This document shows, one piece after another, positions 1 through 9,464 of a DNA stretch of 64,000 nucleotides. The stretch spans positions 64,001 to 128,000 of the forward strand of contig JAKFCT010000080.1 in the NCBI GenBank assembly GCA_036676495.1. Reading direction: 5' to 3'. The position numbers and the translations under genes are program-made. The notes below the pieces were generated by a model, which worked only from the letters and a program-made list of their open reading frames with translations, ran no database searches and was not told the DNA's origin. How positions within the stretch are numbered: position 1 is the first letter of the stretch; each line of letters starts with the position of its first letter. Source of the stretch: Candidatus Sericytochromatia bacterium. GTDB lineage: Bacteria > Cyanobacteriota > Sericytochromatia > S15B-MN24 > UBA4093.

Positions 1-594
1 GGTCTTCTGGCCGCCGGGAATGTCGACCTGGAGCTTGTAGGGGCCTTCCTGGATGATGACGGCTTCGGGAGGCGCGTCGCCCCAGAGCACGCCCCGGCGC
101 TCCTCCAGGCCTTCCAGGCGGCGGACGGAGACGTCCGAGCGCTCGTAGATGCCCTTGGGCTTCAGGAGGTCGACCAGGGTCTGGACGATCAGGTCCTTGC
201 GGACCTCGATGCCCATGGCCAGGATCTGCACCGAGAGGTAATCGCCGTAGCGGTCGACCACGAGGCCCGGCAGGCCGTCGGCCTCGGAGTGGACGAGGCG
301 GCAGGCGTTGGTGCCGGTGAGGTAGTCTTGGCGGATGGCGATCGCCTCTTCCAGGCGGGCGCGCCAGAAGGCGTCGTCAATGGTTTCCTCCTGGCGGGTC
401 AAGAGGCGGACCAAAATGTTGGAGTTGGGGTTGACGGTGCCCAGGCCGACGAACTTGCCCTTGGCGTCCTTGACCTGGACGATTTCGCCGGGCTGCTCCT
501 CGCCGGAGATCTTCTGGACTTCGCCGGCGAAGACCCAGGGGTGGCCGGAACGGATGCGCTGCGTGCGCTGGGGCTTCAGGACGAGCGTCTTCAT
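1..594 (-). CDS. rlmI: RlmI-family class I SAM-dependent rRNA methyltransferase (5' part; runs off the window)
   Basis: Not in the ORF track (truncated); translated by hand: MKTLVLKPQRTQRIRSGHPWVF...RLVHSEADGLPGLVVDRYGD...GGQKT. HPWVF and ADGLPGLVVDRY are typical of RlmI. ATG overlaps the TGA of the upstream gene (ATGA 591-594). Confidence 0.85.
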   Translation of the reverse strand, partial: MKTLVLKPQRTQRIRSGHPWVFAGEVQKISGEEQPGEIVQVKDAKGKFVGLGTVNPNSNILVRLLTRQEETIDDAFWRARLEEAIAIRQDYLTGTNACRLVHSEADGLPGLVVDRYGDYLSVQILAMGIEVRKDLIVQTLVDLLKPKGIYERSDVSVRRLEGLEERRGVLWGDAPPEAVIIQEGPYKLQVDIPGGQKT

Positions 595-1907
595 AGCGTG
601 CCTTCCAGGGAGTTGAACACGATTCCCACGGGAACCTTGGGGGTGAAGTCGACGGAGCCGGCGGGCAGGCGATCGCCGGCCATGGCAACCTCCCAGATCT
701 GCTCCGGGGGCGTGGGGTTGAGGAAGAAGGCCAGCGGATAGCGCCCCGAGCCCAGCCCCACGAGGATTTCGCGGAAGTCCGGGGTTTTGGCGATGGTTTC
801 CGTGCGGGTCCAGTCCGCGTCCGTCATGCCGAGCATGCGCTCGAGGATGACCGCGCGCAGCCGGGAGAGGTCGAGCCGCTTCCAGGCGTCCGAGTGCTTG
901 CCGGGGACCGGCACGCCGTCGTGCATGGTGAGGATGAAGAAATGGGGCTCTCCGGCGACGAGCATGCCGATCCGGGTCTTGCGCTCGGCAGCCTCGGAGA
1001 GGTCGTAGAGGCCTTCCTCGATCTGGGCGACCTCGGGGATGGGGCCCTCGAGCGCTTTTTCGCCCACGATGAAGGAGGCCTCCAGGCGGCTCAGGAAGTC
1101 CTTGTCGAGCTTTTCGGGGTTGACCAGGAGGTGCTGGGGCTGGATCCGCAGGCCGGGATCCTCGACGTCCACCAGGAGCATGAGCGCGTAGTTCCAGGCT
1201 TCGTCTCCGGTCCAGCCGGGGGTCTGGGCGCGCATCGCGTCGCGGTAGGCGAGGGCGGCGGCGTAGCGGTCATGACCGTCGGCGAGGACCAGCGGGCTTT
1301 CGGCCAGCTCTTCCTGGATGGTTTCCAGGGCCATGGGGTCGTTGACGTACCAGAGGTGGATGGCCGCGCCGGATTCGTCATGGACGTCGACCAGGGGAAG
1401 GGCCTCGCTGGTGAGGTCGAAGAAGAGCTCGGCGACAATCTGGTGCGGGTCCTGGTAGAGGGCCATGATCGGGCTGATGTTGGCCTTGGTGGCCTCCAAG
1501 AGCGCGAGGCGGTCCGCGACGGCGGCCTGCGACGTCTCTTGATGCGGCCGGATCACCTGGGTTTCCGTGTCTTCGAGCTTGACGACGGCGAAGATGCCGC
1601 GGCGGATGCCGGCGGGGTGGGCCTGCTCGAAGAGGTAGACTCCGGGCACCGAGTCGCGCCGCAACACGCCCTGGTCGCGCCAGCCGCGCCAGAAGTCTCC
1701 CGCGCGGACGTTGCGGTTCTCGACGGCGTCGTCCTCGGGCTGTTCCTGGCCGAACTCAAGGCGCACGGCGTTGAGGGGGTTCCTCAAGTGGAGCCGGAGC
1801 TGGTCCTCGGTGGACAGGGCATCGAAGGGGGGGCTGAGCACCTCGTTGAGGCGCGGGGCGCGGGAGTGAACGTAGCGAAGGGCGCGAAACGGTTTGACGA
1901 CTGCCAT
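591..1907 (-). CDS. DUF1015 family protein
   Basis: 438-aa ORF: VKPFRALRY, SPPFD, IRPHQET, ANISPI, LADGHDRY, DFTPKVP. These match my recollection of the DUF1015 pattern. Confidence 0.8.
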   Translation of the reverse strand: MAVVKPFRALRYVHSRAPRLNEVLSPPFDALSTEDQLRLHLRNPLNAVRLEFGQEQPEDDAVENRNVRAGDFWRGWRDQGVLRRDSVPGVYLFEQAHPAGIRRGIFAVVKLEDTETQVIRPHQETSQAAVADRLALLEATKANISPIMALYQDPHQIVAELFFDLTSEALPLVDVHDESGAAIHLWYVNDPMALETIQEELAESPLVLADGHDRYAAALAYRDAMRAQTPGWTGDEAWNYALMLLVDVEDPGLRIQPQHLLVNPEKLDKDFLSRLEASFIVGEKALEGPIPEVAQIEEGLYDLSEAAERKTRIGMLVAGEPHFFILTMHDGVPVPGKHSDAWKRLDLSRLRAVILERMLGMTDADWTRTETIAKTPDFREILVGLGSGRYPLAFFLNPTPPEQIWEVAMAGDRLPAGSVDFTPKVPVGIVFNSLEGTL

Positions 1908-1997
1908 GGAAGCCTCTCTAGATGGGACGCCCTATCTTACCATGCCGCTTCCGGCGGCTGCTTTCGGGGCGGGCGCCCGATCATGGGAGAAGCAAAC

Positions 1998-2027
1998 AGG
2001 GCCGGGCTCCAGCGGCCCGGCCCTTTT
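1998..2027. terminator. Intrinsic terminator hairpin, possibly bidirectional
   Basis: AGGGCCGGGC-tccagcg-GCCCGGCCCT followed by TTTC on +, and by GTTTGCTT on -. Confidence 0.6.
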
Positions 2028-2161
2028 CGATTTCTGATCGCTCAGAACTCCCTGATGATACCCCTTTGAGGCTGCTCGCGCTTCGGGCATCCTGCACAGG
2101 GTCTCTGCGGGATCCCTTGGCCAGTTCCGCGCTTGACCCGGGGGGCGTGACGCCCGAGGGG

Positions 2162-3415
2162 CTAGAGCCCGCGCCGGATGATCCGCTCGGCTCCCAGGGG
2201 AATCGGGGTGGCCTGGGACTTGGCGGCCAGCAACCTGAGGATCTCCGCTTCCATCTGCTGGCTGCGGGCTTCCCAGCAGTGGGCCTGGGCCCGTTTGACG
2301 CGCTCGACGGACTCGCGCACGGACGGTGCGAGGGCCTGGTCCAGGGCCGCGAGGAAGGCATGGCGATCGGAGGCGGCCAGGGCCATGCCCGCGAGATCCG
2401 CCAGGGGCGCGAAGTCGGTCATGACCACGGGCTTGCCCGCCGCCAGGTACTCGTTGACCTTGAGCGGGTAGATGTGCCGGGTCTGCTCGCTGTAGACGAA
2501 GGGGATGGTGGCCACGTCGAAGGCCTTGAGGTAGCCCGGCATGGCCGCGCGTGGCCGCAAGCCCAGGAAGTGGCAGTTGGGCAGGCGGATGGCGTCGATT
2601 TCGGCCTGGCGGCTGGGTGCGATGGGCCCGAGGGCCACGAACGACCAGTGGGGGCGCGCCTGGGCGAGCCAGGCCCAGAGCTCGGCGTCGAAGCGCTCCT
2701 CGAGGTTTCCCGCGAAGCCGATGATCGGGCGCGGCAAGTCCGCGATGTCCGGAGGGATGGCCGTCTGCGGGTGCACCGCCTGATTGAAGAGCGCGAAGTC
2801 CACTCCGTTGGGCACCATCAGGCAGCGCTTCGAGTAGGGAGCCTTGCCCTCGAAGAGCGCGGGGCTGGACGTGAACGTGAGATCCGCCTTGGCCAGCAAG
2901 CGGCGCTCGATCCGCCCCGCATGCGGGGAGATGCCCGGAAGCGCCGTGACCTCGTCCGTGCAGTGGTAGACCAAGAGCCGCTCGTCCAGCGCTCCGATGG
3001 CTCCTTCGCTCATCATGACGTCGAAGGAGATCCAGAGGATCGGCTCGCGGATCGCGAGCGCCCGCGAGACCCGCCGCAGCCCGTGCCGCAGGGCGGCGTG
3101 GTTGAAGCGGTAGACCGCCTCGAAGAGCGAAGGGGAGCGGATCTGCCCCATGGGCAGCACCGGAGGCGGCGTCCAGACCCAGAGGTTGGCCTCCACCTGC
3201 CGCGGGTTGTCCCGGCCGCGCCATGCCTGCCATTTGCGCCGGAAGCGCTCCTCCGTGCGCCCCCGCCACGCGTCCACGGGATTGGCGGACGCATCCACGA
3301 AGAGCACCCGGTTGCGGGACGAAAGCTCCCGCATCAGGTGGTGACGACTCGACTGGAACGGGTGGTCCCAGTCCATGACCGAGAGGCATACCACGTCATG
3401 GCCAACCAAGCGCAT
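2162..3415 (-). CDS. GT-B glycosyltransferase (TuaH-like, family 4 type)
   Basis: Start MRLVGHD after AGGAGG. Motifs SRHHLM, VYHCTDE, VPNGVD, FDVATIPF, YPLKVNEYLAAGKPVV. Confidence 0.85.
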   Translation of the reverse strand: MRLVGHDVVCLSVMDWDHPFQSSRHHLMRELSSRNRVLFVDASANPVDAWRGRTEERFRRKWQAWRGRDNPRQVEANLWVWTPPPVLPMGQIRSPSLFEAVYRFNHAALRHGLRRVSRALAIREPILWISFDVMMSEGAIGALDERLLVYHCTDEVTALPGISPHAGRIERRLLAKADLTFTSSPALFEGKAPYSKRCLMVPNGVDFALFNQAVHPQTAIPPDIADLPRPIIGFAGNLEERFDAELWAWLAQARPHWSFVALGPIAPSRQAEIDAIRLPNCHFLGLRPRAAMPGYLKAFDVATIPFVYSEQTRHIYPLKVNEYLAAGKPVVMTDFAPLADLAGMALAASDRHAFLAALDQALAPSVRESVERVKRAQAHCWEARSQQMEAEILRLLAAKSQATPIPLGAERIIRRGL

Positions 3416-3560
3416 CGCCGACACCTCCTGTGCTTTCAGTCTAGCCAGGGGAGCACGGGGTGGCTTGACCACTTTGACCAAGGAGCGTCGTCGGGTCGCC
3501 AAGCGTCCGGCCGTCTGCTAGCATGGAAACCCGCCCCGCTTCCCCTCGAACGAATGGACC

Positions 3561-4763
3561 ATGATGCTCGATTTCGCTCCGCCCCCAGCGCCCTGGCGAA
3601 CCTGCTTCTCCCTTCTTCCCAAGGTCTCCCGAACCTTCGCCCTCTCGATCACCCTGCTCAAGCCCCCCATGCGCCATTCGGTCTGCCTGGGCTACCTGCT
3701 CTGCCGCCTGATCGACACCTTCGAGGACGCCGAGACCCTCGACACCCCCCGCAAGGCCCATTACATCCAGGCCCTGCAAGCCTTCGTCGCAGGAGAGGCC
3801 ATTCCCGAGCCCGACTGGGCCCGCCGCGCCGCCCATGCCCTCGGCGACGGCGCCAGCCCCGCCGACCGCGAGCTGCTCGAAAGCCTGGAAGCGGTCCTCG
3901 CGGCCCTATCCAGCCTCCCGCTTCACGATCGCCAGGCCCTCGTTCGCTGCTTCCAGGAAATGGCCACCGGCATGATCGAGATGCAAACCCTGCTCGATCA
4001 GCCGCCAATCCAGCCCGACCCGCCGCAGGCGCTGCTCGACCCGTCGCCAACGCCGCAGCCGCCGCCCGCACGAGCGCTGCGCATCCTCCCGACCATGCCC
4101 AGTCTCGGCCGCTACTGCCATTACGTCGCGGGAGTCGTGGGCCAATTGCTCACCGAGCTGCTCTTCCTGAACTCCGAGGCCCTGTCCAAGGAACGCTACT
4201 TCGACCTGCTCGAGCGCTCGGAGGCCTTCGGCCAGTTCCTCCAGAAGATCAACATCCTCAAGGACCTCCCGGTCGATCACGCCAAGGGCTGGTGCTTCAT
4301 CCCCCGAGACGCCATCCTGGACGCGGGCGTGCAGCCCGAGCGCCTGCTCATGGCCGATCCCGCGCGCCGCGTCGGGGCGATCGCCCCGATCATGCGCGAC
4401 GTACTCGACCACCTCGCGCACGCCTGGCAATACTTGCAGCGGGTGCCGGTTGCCGAGCGGGAGTACCGGCTCTTCCTCGGGTATAGCTTGTTCTTCGGGG
4501 TGAAAACCCTGGAGCTGGGCCTGAAAGAGCCCGATCGGTCCTTCGAGGGCGATCGCCCCCTCAAGATTGGCCGGCTCGACGTCGCCGCTCTCATCGAAAA
4601 GGTCAACCGCCTGATCGACGACCCGGGCCGCCTCGACGCCGCCCTCGCGGCCTTGCTCGCCGCCGCGCGCCAGGGGCTCGACTCCCGCTGGCCCGCGGCC
4701 ATCGACTCCGCCCTGGCCAGCCTGCTCGGAACCCTGGAGCGACCTGCCCCGGCCGCCCGCTAA
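3561..4763 (+). CDS. Squalene/phytoene synthase family protein (squalene synthase-like)
   Basis: VSRTFALSI, YLLCRLIDTFED, RYCHYVAGVVG, LQKINILKDLPVD. Confidence 0.8.
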   Translation: MMLDFAPPPAPWRTCFSLLPKVSRTFALSITLLKPPMRHSVCLGYLLCRLIDTFEDAETLDTPRKAHYIQALQAFVAGEAIPEPDWARRAAHALGDGASPADRELLESLEAVLAALSSLPLHDRQALVRCFQEMATGMIEMQTLLDQPPIQPDPPQALLDPSPTPQPPPARALRILPTMPSLGRYCHYVAGVVGQLLTELLFLNSEALSKERYFDLLERSEAFGQFLQKINILKDLPVDHAKGWCFIPRDAILDAGVQPERLLMADPARRVGAIAPIMRDVLDHLAHAWQYLQRVPVAEREYRLFLGYSLFFGVKTLELGLKEPDRSFEGDRPLKIGRLDVAALIEKVNRLIDDPGRLDAALAALLAAARQGLDSRWPAAIDSALASLLGTLERPAPAAR

Positions 4764-4774
4764 GCGGATGCCCC

Positions 4775-6679
4775 CTAGGCGGGGTTGGCGGGTTGCCGCC
4801 GCCGGACCTCCAGGTGCACCAGCAGCAAGGAGACGTCCGCCGGCGTGACGCCGCCGATCCGCGAGGCCTGGCCGATCGTGCGCGGCCGGATCCGGCTCAG
4901 CTTGTCCTGGGACTCCCGCGAGAGCCCCTTGATCGTGCTGTAGTCGAGATCATCGGGGAGCGCCTTCTCATCGAAGCGCCGCAAGCGGTCGATCTGATCC
5001 TGCTGGCGCGCGATGTACCCCGCGTACTTCACCCCGATCGCGACTTGCTCCATCACCTCGGCGTCCTCGTCGCGCCCGCCCAGCCGCCAGACCAGCTCCG
5101 CGGGCACCGGCGGGCGACGCAAGAGGTCGATCAGGAAGACGGTCCGATCGATCGGATCGCAGCCCCCCTCCGCCAGGATCCGGTTCGTCTCCGCGCTGGG
5201 AGCGACCTTGGTCGCTTCCAGCCAGCGCGTGGCGGCTTCCATGGCTTCGCGCTTGCGGCAGAACGTCTCCCAGCGGGCATCGTCGACCAGACCCAGCTCG
5301 CGGCCCAAGGGCGTGAGGCGCTGGTCGGCGTTGCCATGGCGCAACGTGAGCCGGTGCTCGGAGCGCGAGGTCAGCATCCGGTACGGCTCCTGGATTTCCT
5401 TGGTGACCAGGTCGTCGATAAGGACCCCGATGTAGGAATCCTGGCGCGGGAAGACCACCATCTCCTGGCCCTTGGCGTAGCGAGCCGCGTTGAGCCCAGC
5501 GACCAGCCCTTGAGCGGCGGCTTCCTCGTAGCCCGAGGTGCCGTTGATCTGGCCCGCGGTGAAGAGCCCCGGGACGCGCTTGGATTGAAGGGTGGGATGC
5601 AGCTGGGTGGCCGGCAGGTAATCGTACTCGACGGCGTAGCCGGGGCGGATCATCTGGACGTCGCGCAGGCCCGGCAGGGTCCGCAGCATCGCCAGCTGCA
5701 CGTCCTCGGGTAGGCTGCTCGACATGCCCTGGACGTACCATTGGTGGGTGTCGAGCCCCTCGGGCTCCAGGAAGACCGGGTGCGAGTCCTTGTCCGGGAA
5801 GCGGAAGACCTTGTCCTCGATGCTCGGGCAGTAGCGGGGACCCACGCCCTCGATCATGCCCGTGAACATCGGGGAGCGATCGAGCCCGCCGCGGATCACG
5901 GCGTGGGTCTCGGGCGTGGTCTGCGTCAGGTAGCACGGCACCTGGGGAATCGGCTGCGCGGGAGGCATGAACGAGAAGTGCAGGCCCCGATCTTCGCCCG
6001 GCGCGAGCGCGACCTCGTCGAAGGCGATGCTCCGGGCGTCGATGCGCGCCGGGGTGCCGGTCTTGAGGCGGCCCGTCGTGAAGCCCATCGCCAGGAGGCT
6101 GTCGGTCAGGGTCATCGCGGGTGCCTCCCCGGCCCTTCCCCCCGGCTGGCTCTCCAGGCCCGTGAAGAGCTTGCCGCGCAGGAAGGTCCCGGTGGTGAGC
6201 ACGGCGGCGGCCGTCCGGATCGTGGATCCGTCGGCACAGCGCAGGAGCATGCCGCCGTCCTCGGTGGGCTCCATGCCCTCCACCAGGGCCTCATGCACCG
6301 TGAGGTTCGCCTGGGCCTCCAGGACCTCCTGCATGGCGCGGGCGTACTGCGTCTTGTCGGACTGCGCGCGCAGGGCCTGGACGGCGGGACCCTTCGAGGA
6401 GTTGAGGACCTTGATCTGGATGGCGGTCCGGTCGGTGACCTTGGCCATTTCGCCGCCCAGGGCGTCGATCTCGCGGACGAGATTGCCTTTGGCGGGGCCG
6501 CCGATGGCGGGGTTGCAAGGCATCGAGGCGATGGTCTCGCGCGAGCCCGTGACCATGAGCGTGCGGCAGCCGAGGCGCGCCGCCGCCAGCGCCGCCTCGC
6601 AGCCCGCATGGCCTCCGCCGATCACCGCAACGTCCCAGCGATCCGATCCCGTTACCCTCTCCACGAGCCCTCCTCCCAT
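4775..6679 (-). CDS. mnmG: tRNA U34 carboxymethylaminomethyl modification enzyme MnmG/GidA
   Basis: [53 protein letters not shown]. Confidence 0.97.
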   Translation of the reverse strand: MGGGLVERVTGSDRWDVAVIGGGHAGCEAALAAARLGCRTLMVTGSRETIASMPCNPAIGGPAKGNLVREIDALGGEMAKVTDRTAIQIKVLNSSKGPAVQALRAQSDKTQYARAMQEVLEAQANLTVHEALVEGMEPTEDGGMLLRCADGSTIRTAAAVLTTGTFLRGKLFTGLESQPGGRAGEAPAMTLTDSLLAMGFTTGRLKTGTPARIDARSIAFDEVALAPGEDRGLHFSFMPPAQPIPQVPCYLTQTTPETHAVIRGGLDRSPMFTGMIEGVGPRYCPSIEDKVFRFPDKDSHPVFLEPEGLDTHQWYVQGMSSSLPEDVQLAMLRTLPGLRDVQMIRPGYAVEYDYLPATQLHPTLQSKRVPGLFTAGQINGTSGYEEAAAQGLVAGLNAARYAKGQEMVVFPRQDSYIGVLIDDLVTKEIQEPYRMLTSRSEHRLTLRHGNADQRLTPLGRELGLVDDARWETFCRKREAMEAATRWLEATKVAPSAETNRILAEGGCDPIDRTVFLIDLLRRPPVPAELVWRLGGRDEDAEVMEQVAIGVKYAGYIARQQDQIDRLRRFDEKALPDDLDYSTIKGLSRESQDKLSRIRPRTIGQASRIGGVTPADVSLLLVHLEVRRRQPANPA

Positions 6680-6784
6680 TCAGCGTTTCGCGCGCGTGAA
6701 GAGCATTATATCTCCCGCAAGTTTCCCCTCCCAGGCGCCGATACGAGTCATGATCCGATCGAGTCCTCCAAGGAGCGTGAAACG

Positions 6785-7732
6785 ATGCCGAATTCCATCT
6801 CGGGCAAGAAGATTTCCGTCCCCGCGGCGCCGCCCGCTCCGCGGACCTACAAGGTCCAGGCCGGGGACACCCTTTTCAGCATCGCCAAGAAGACCCTCGG
6901 AGACGGCAAGCGCTGGCCCGAGATCCAGGCCCTCAACCAGGATATCCTTCCCGACGCGAACAAGCTCAAGGTCGGCATGGTGCTCAAGCTGCCTGCCGGT
7001 GCCACGGCCCAGCCGCCGGTCGCCGAGCCGGCAAAGCCCGCTCCGCAGCCCGCCAAGCCGGATCCCAAGCCCGCCCCCAAGCCTTCTCCCAAGCCCGCCG
7101 AATCGGTGAAGGGCCTGTTCTTCAACGACCGCTTCGAAAAGCAGGTCGCCCTGACCTTCGACGACGGGCCTCACCCCGTGAATACCCCCAAGGTCCTCGA
7201 CATCCTCAAGGAGTACGGCGTCAAGGGCACCTTCTTCGTGACGGGCGCCAACGCCGAGCGCTACCCCGAACTCATCAAGCGGATCGCCGCCGAAGGCCAT
7301 ACTCTGGGCAACCACACCTTCGCGCATCCCGACCTCGCCAAGCTGAGCGAGGCGGACGTCCTCAACGAGCTCGCCCGCACCCAGCGCGCCGTCGACAAGG
7401 CGCTGGGCAAGCACTACGAGCTGGCTCAGGTGCGCCCGCCGTACGGCTCGATGGACTCCGAGGTCAAGTCCGCCATCACCAAGGGCGACGACACCGCCAT
7501 CCTCTGGAACGTCGATTCCAACGACTGGCGCCATCGCGACGACGACGCCAAGATCCTGGACAACATCTTCGCCGGATCCAGCTCGGTCTACGTCCGGGGC
7601 GGCGTGATCCTCTTCCATGACATCCATCCCCAGACGGTCCGCGTCCTCGATGACGTGATCGCGCGCCTCCAGAAGGAGAAGTTCACGATCACCAAGACCG
7701 ACGACTTCCTCGATCGGAAGTACTCCAAGTAA
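6785..7732 (+). CDS. LysM domain + Pro/Lys linker + polysaccharide deacetylase (CE4/NodB)
   Basis: ATG at 6785 after AAGGAG. YKVQAGDTLFSIA (LysM); LTFDDGP, GNHTFAHPDL, RPPYG, WNVDSNDW, ILFHD (CE4 motifs). Confidence 0.9.
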   Translation: MPNSISGKKISVPAAPPAPRTYKVQAGDTLFSIAKKTLGDGKRWPEIQALNQDILPDANKLKVGMVLKLPAGATAQPPVAEPAKPAPQPAKPDPKPAPKPSPKPAESVKGLFFNDRFEKQVALTFDDGPHPVNTPKVLDILKEYGVKGTFFVTGANAERYPELIKRIAAEGHTLGNHTFAHPDLAKLSEADVLNELARTQRAVDKALGKHYELAQVRPPYGSMDSEVKSAITKGDDTAILWNVDSNDWRHRDDDAKILDNIFAGSSSVYVRGGVILFHDIHPQTVRVLDDVIARLQKEKFTITKTDDFLDRKYSK

Positions 7733-7751
7733 GCGCGCCCCGCGCCCCCCT

Positions 7752-7785
7752 AAAAAGGAACAGGCCCCTCGGCAAGAGGGGCCTG
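7752..7785 (-). terminator. Intrinsic terminator, U-tract on the minus strand
   Basis: CAGGCCCCTC-ggcaa-GAGGGGCCTG (7761-7785) preceded on + by AAAAAGGAA, so followed by TTCCTTTTT on -. Confidence 0.75.
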
Positions 7786-8068
7786 CAATGCTACCGGATG
7801 TTGGACTATCGGATGAAAGAGCCAGAGATCGCTTGCTCTCGGCAATTTTAATTAAGTCCTCACCAAGTAGGCTTACCTTTGACCGTCAGTACACCATTTC
7901 CTTCTTAAGAACCACCTTTCTATTCAAACGAACTGAAAGCTGTCTTAGAAAGGTCCTCCTTTCGGGTGCAGAACGGATCGACACTTGTTGGGGCGGAAAC
8001 CTCTACCGAAGGGCCGGCTCATCATTAGTTGAGCACGCAATTGGCGCGCATCGGGTGGTTTCGCTCCA
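7752..8068 (-). ncRNA. Candidate structured non-coding RNA, ~300 nt, family not recognised
   Basis: Visibly AT-richer intergenic block without a credible CDS, ending in a minus-strand terminator. Several hairpins (ACCTTTCTA 7914-7922 / TAGAAAGGT 7946-7954) and a possible -10 TATATC at 8074-8079 (-). Confidence 0.4.
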
Positions 8069-8166
8069 AGATGGATATACCCACTGAAACGGGTTTTTCT
8101 TGTGATCTGCACCACCAATTTGAAAGTTTTTTTGGGTCGCCTCGCGAAGCCCGGGCGCTAGCCGCG

Positions 8167-8195
8167 TTGACAAGCGGAGGGGGATCCCTTAGAGT
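8167..8195 (+). promoter_or_regulatory. Sigma70-type promoter for iscS-ygfZ
   Basis: TTGACA-N17-TAGAGT. Confidence 0.7.
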
Positions 8196-8288
8196 GAAGG
8201 CGGCAAATCAGACCATTTTGGTCGGGTTTTGTCGCCGGAGCGCCCGGCCTCGGCGCCGTCCCCCGTTTCGATCGATCTTCGGCCGGCC

Positions 8289-9452
8289 ATGATCTACCTC
8301 GACCATCACGCCACCACTCCCGTGGACCCCCGGGTCCTCGAGGCGATGCTTCCCACCTTCACCACGCTGTACGGCAACGCCGCCAGCCGCAACCACGCCT
8401 TCGGCTGGGCTGCCGAGGAAGCCGTGGAGCAGGCCCGCAGCCAGGTGGCGCGGATCCTCGGGGCCACGGCCAAGGAAATCGTCTTCACGTCCGGGGCCAC
8501 GGAGTCCATCAACCTCGCCCTCAAGGGCGCCGCCGAGATCTACGCCCCCAAGGGCAAGCACCTGATCACCACCGCCGTCGAGCACAAGGCCACCCTGGAC
8601 ACCTGCGCCTACCTCGAGACCCAGGGCTTCCGCGTGACCGTCCTGGGCGTCGACCGCTACGGGCGCGTCCGCCCCGAGGAGCTCGAAGCGGCCCTGACCC
8701 CCGAGACCCTCCTCTTCTCCGTGATCCACGGCAACAACGAGGTCGGCACCCTTCACGACCTGGCCGAGCTCGGCGCGATCTGCCGCGCGCGGGGCGTGCT
8801 TTTCCATGTGGACGCCGCGCAGACCGTGGGCAAGGTGCCGATCGACGTCGACGCCATGCGTATCGACCTGCTCTCACTCTCCGGCCACAAGCTCTATGCC
8901 CCCAAGGGCGTCGGCGCCCTCTACGTCCGGCGCAAGAGCCCCCGCGTCCGCCTGGCCCCCCAGATGCACGGCGGCGGCCACGAGCGGGGCCTGCGCTCGG
9001 GAACCCTCAACGTGCCGGGTATCGTCGGCCTCGGGAAGGCCTGCGCGCTCGCCATGGCCGAGATGAGCGAGGAAGCCGCCCGCGTCGGAGCCCTGCGCGA
9101 TCGCCTCTACCAGGGCCTCCTGGCCGCCCTGCCGGGCGTCGCCCTTAACGGCCACCCGATCGACCGCCTGCCCGGAAACCTCAACGTCTCCTTCGAGGGA
9201 GTCGCCGGCGAGAACCTCATGAGCGGCCTCGCGGGGATCGCCGTCTCCTCGGGCTCGGCCTGCACCTCGGCCAGCCTCGAGCCCTCCCACGTGCTTTCGG
9301 CGATGGGAGTGCCCGATGCCTTGATCCATGGGTCGATTCGCTTCGGCCTCGGCCGCGGCACGACCGAAGCCGAGATCGACCGGACGCTGGAGATCGTCGT
9401 CGGCCAGGTTCGCAAGGTCCAAGAGGCGTCCCCTCTCAAGCTCGCGCCTTAG
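8289..9452 (+). CDS. iscS: Cysteine desulfurase, IscS type
   Basis: [50 protein letters not shown]. Confidence 0.93.
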   Translation: MIYLDHHATTPVDPRVLEAMLPTFTTLYGNAASRNHAFGWAAEEAVEQARSQVARILGATAKEIVFTSGATESINLALKGAAEIYAPKGKHLITTAVEHKATLDTCAYLETQGFRVTVLGVDRYGRVRPEELEAALTPETLLFSVIHGNNEVGTLHDLAELGAICRARGVLFHVDAAQTVGKVPIDVDAMRIDLLSLSGHKLYAPKGVGALYVRRKSPRVRLAPQMHGGGHERGLRSGTLNVPGIVGLGKACALAMAEMSEEAARVGALRDRLYQGLLAALPGVALNGHPIDRLPGNLNVSFEGVAGENLMSGLAGIAVSSGSACTSASLEPSHVLSAMGVPDALIHGSIRFGLGRGTTEAEIDRTLEIVVGQVRKVQEASPLKLAP

Positions 9453-9464
9453 AAAGGATTCCCC

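Noticed and set aside
1922-4486. 854-aa + ORF and other long shadow ORFs (e.g. 21936..24347, 49252..51873, 59266..61842)
   Set aside because: Antisense or off-frame to well-supported genes; expected in GC-rich DNA.
5741-6784. N-terminal extension of the LysM-deacetylase ORF
   Set aside because: Mostly antisense to mnmG; the SD and domain boundary indicate a start at 6785.
7788-8087. 99-aa + ORF in the AT-richer intergenic block
   Set aside because: No SD, codon usage unlike the surrounding genes, and no recognisable motif.
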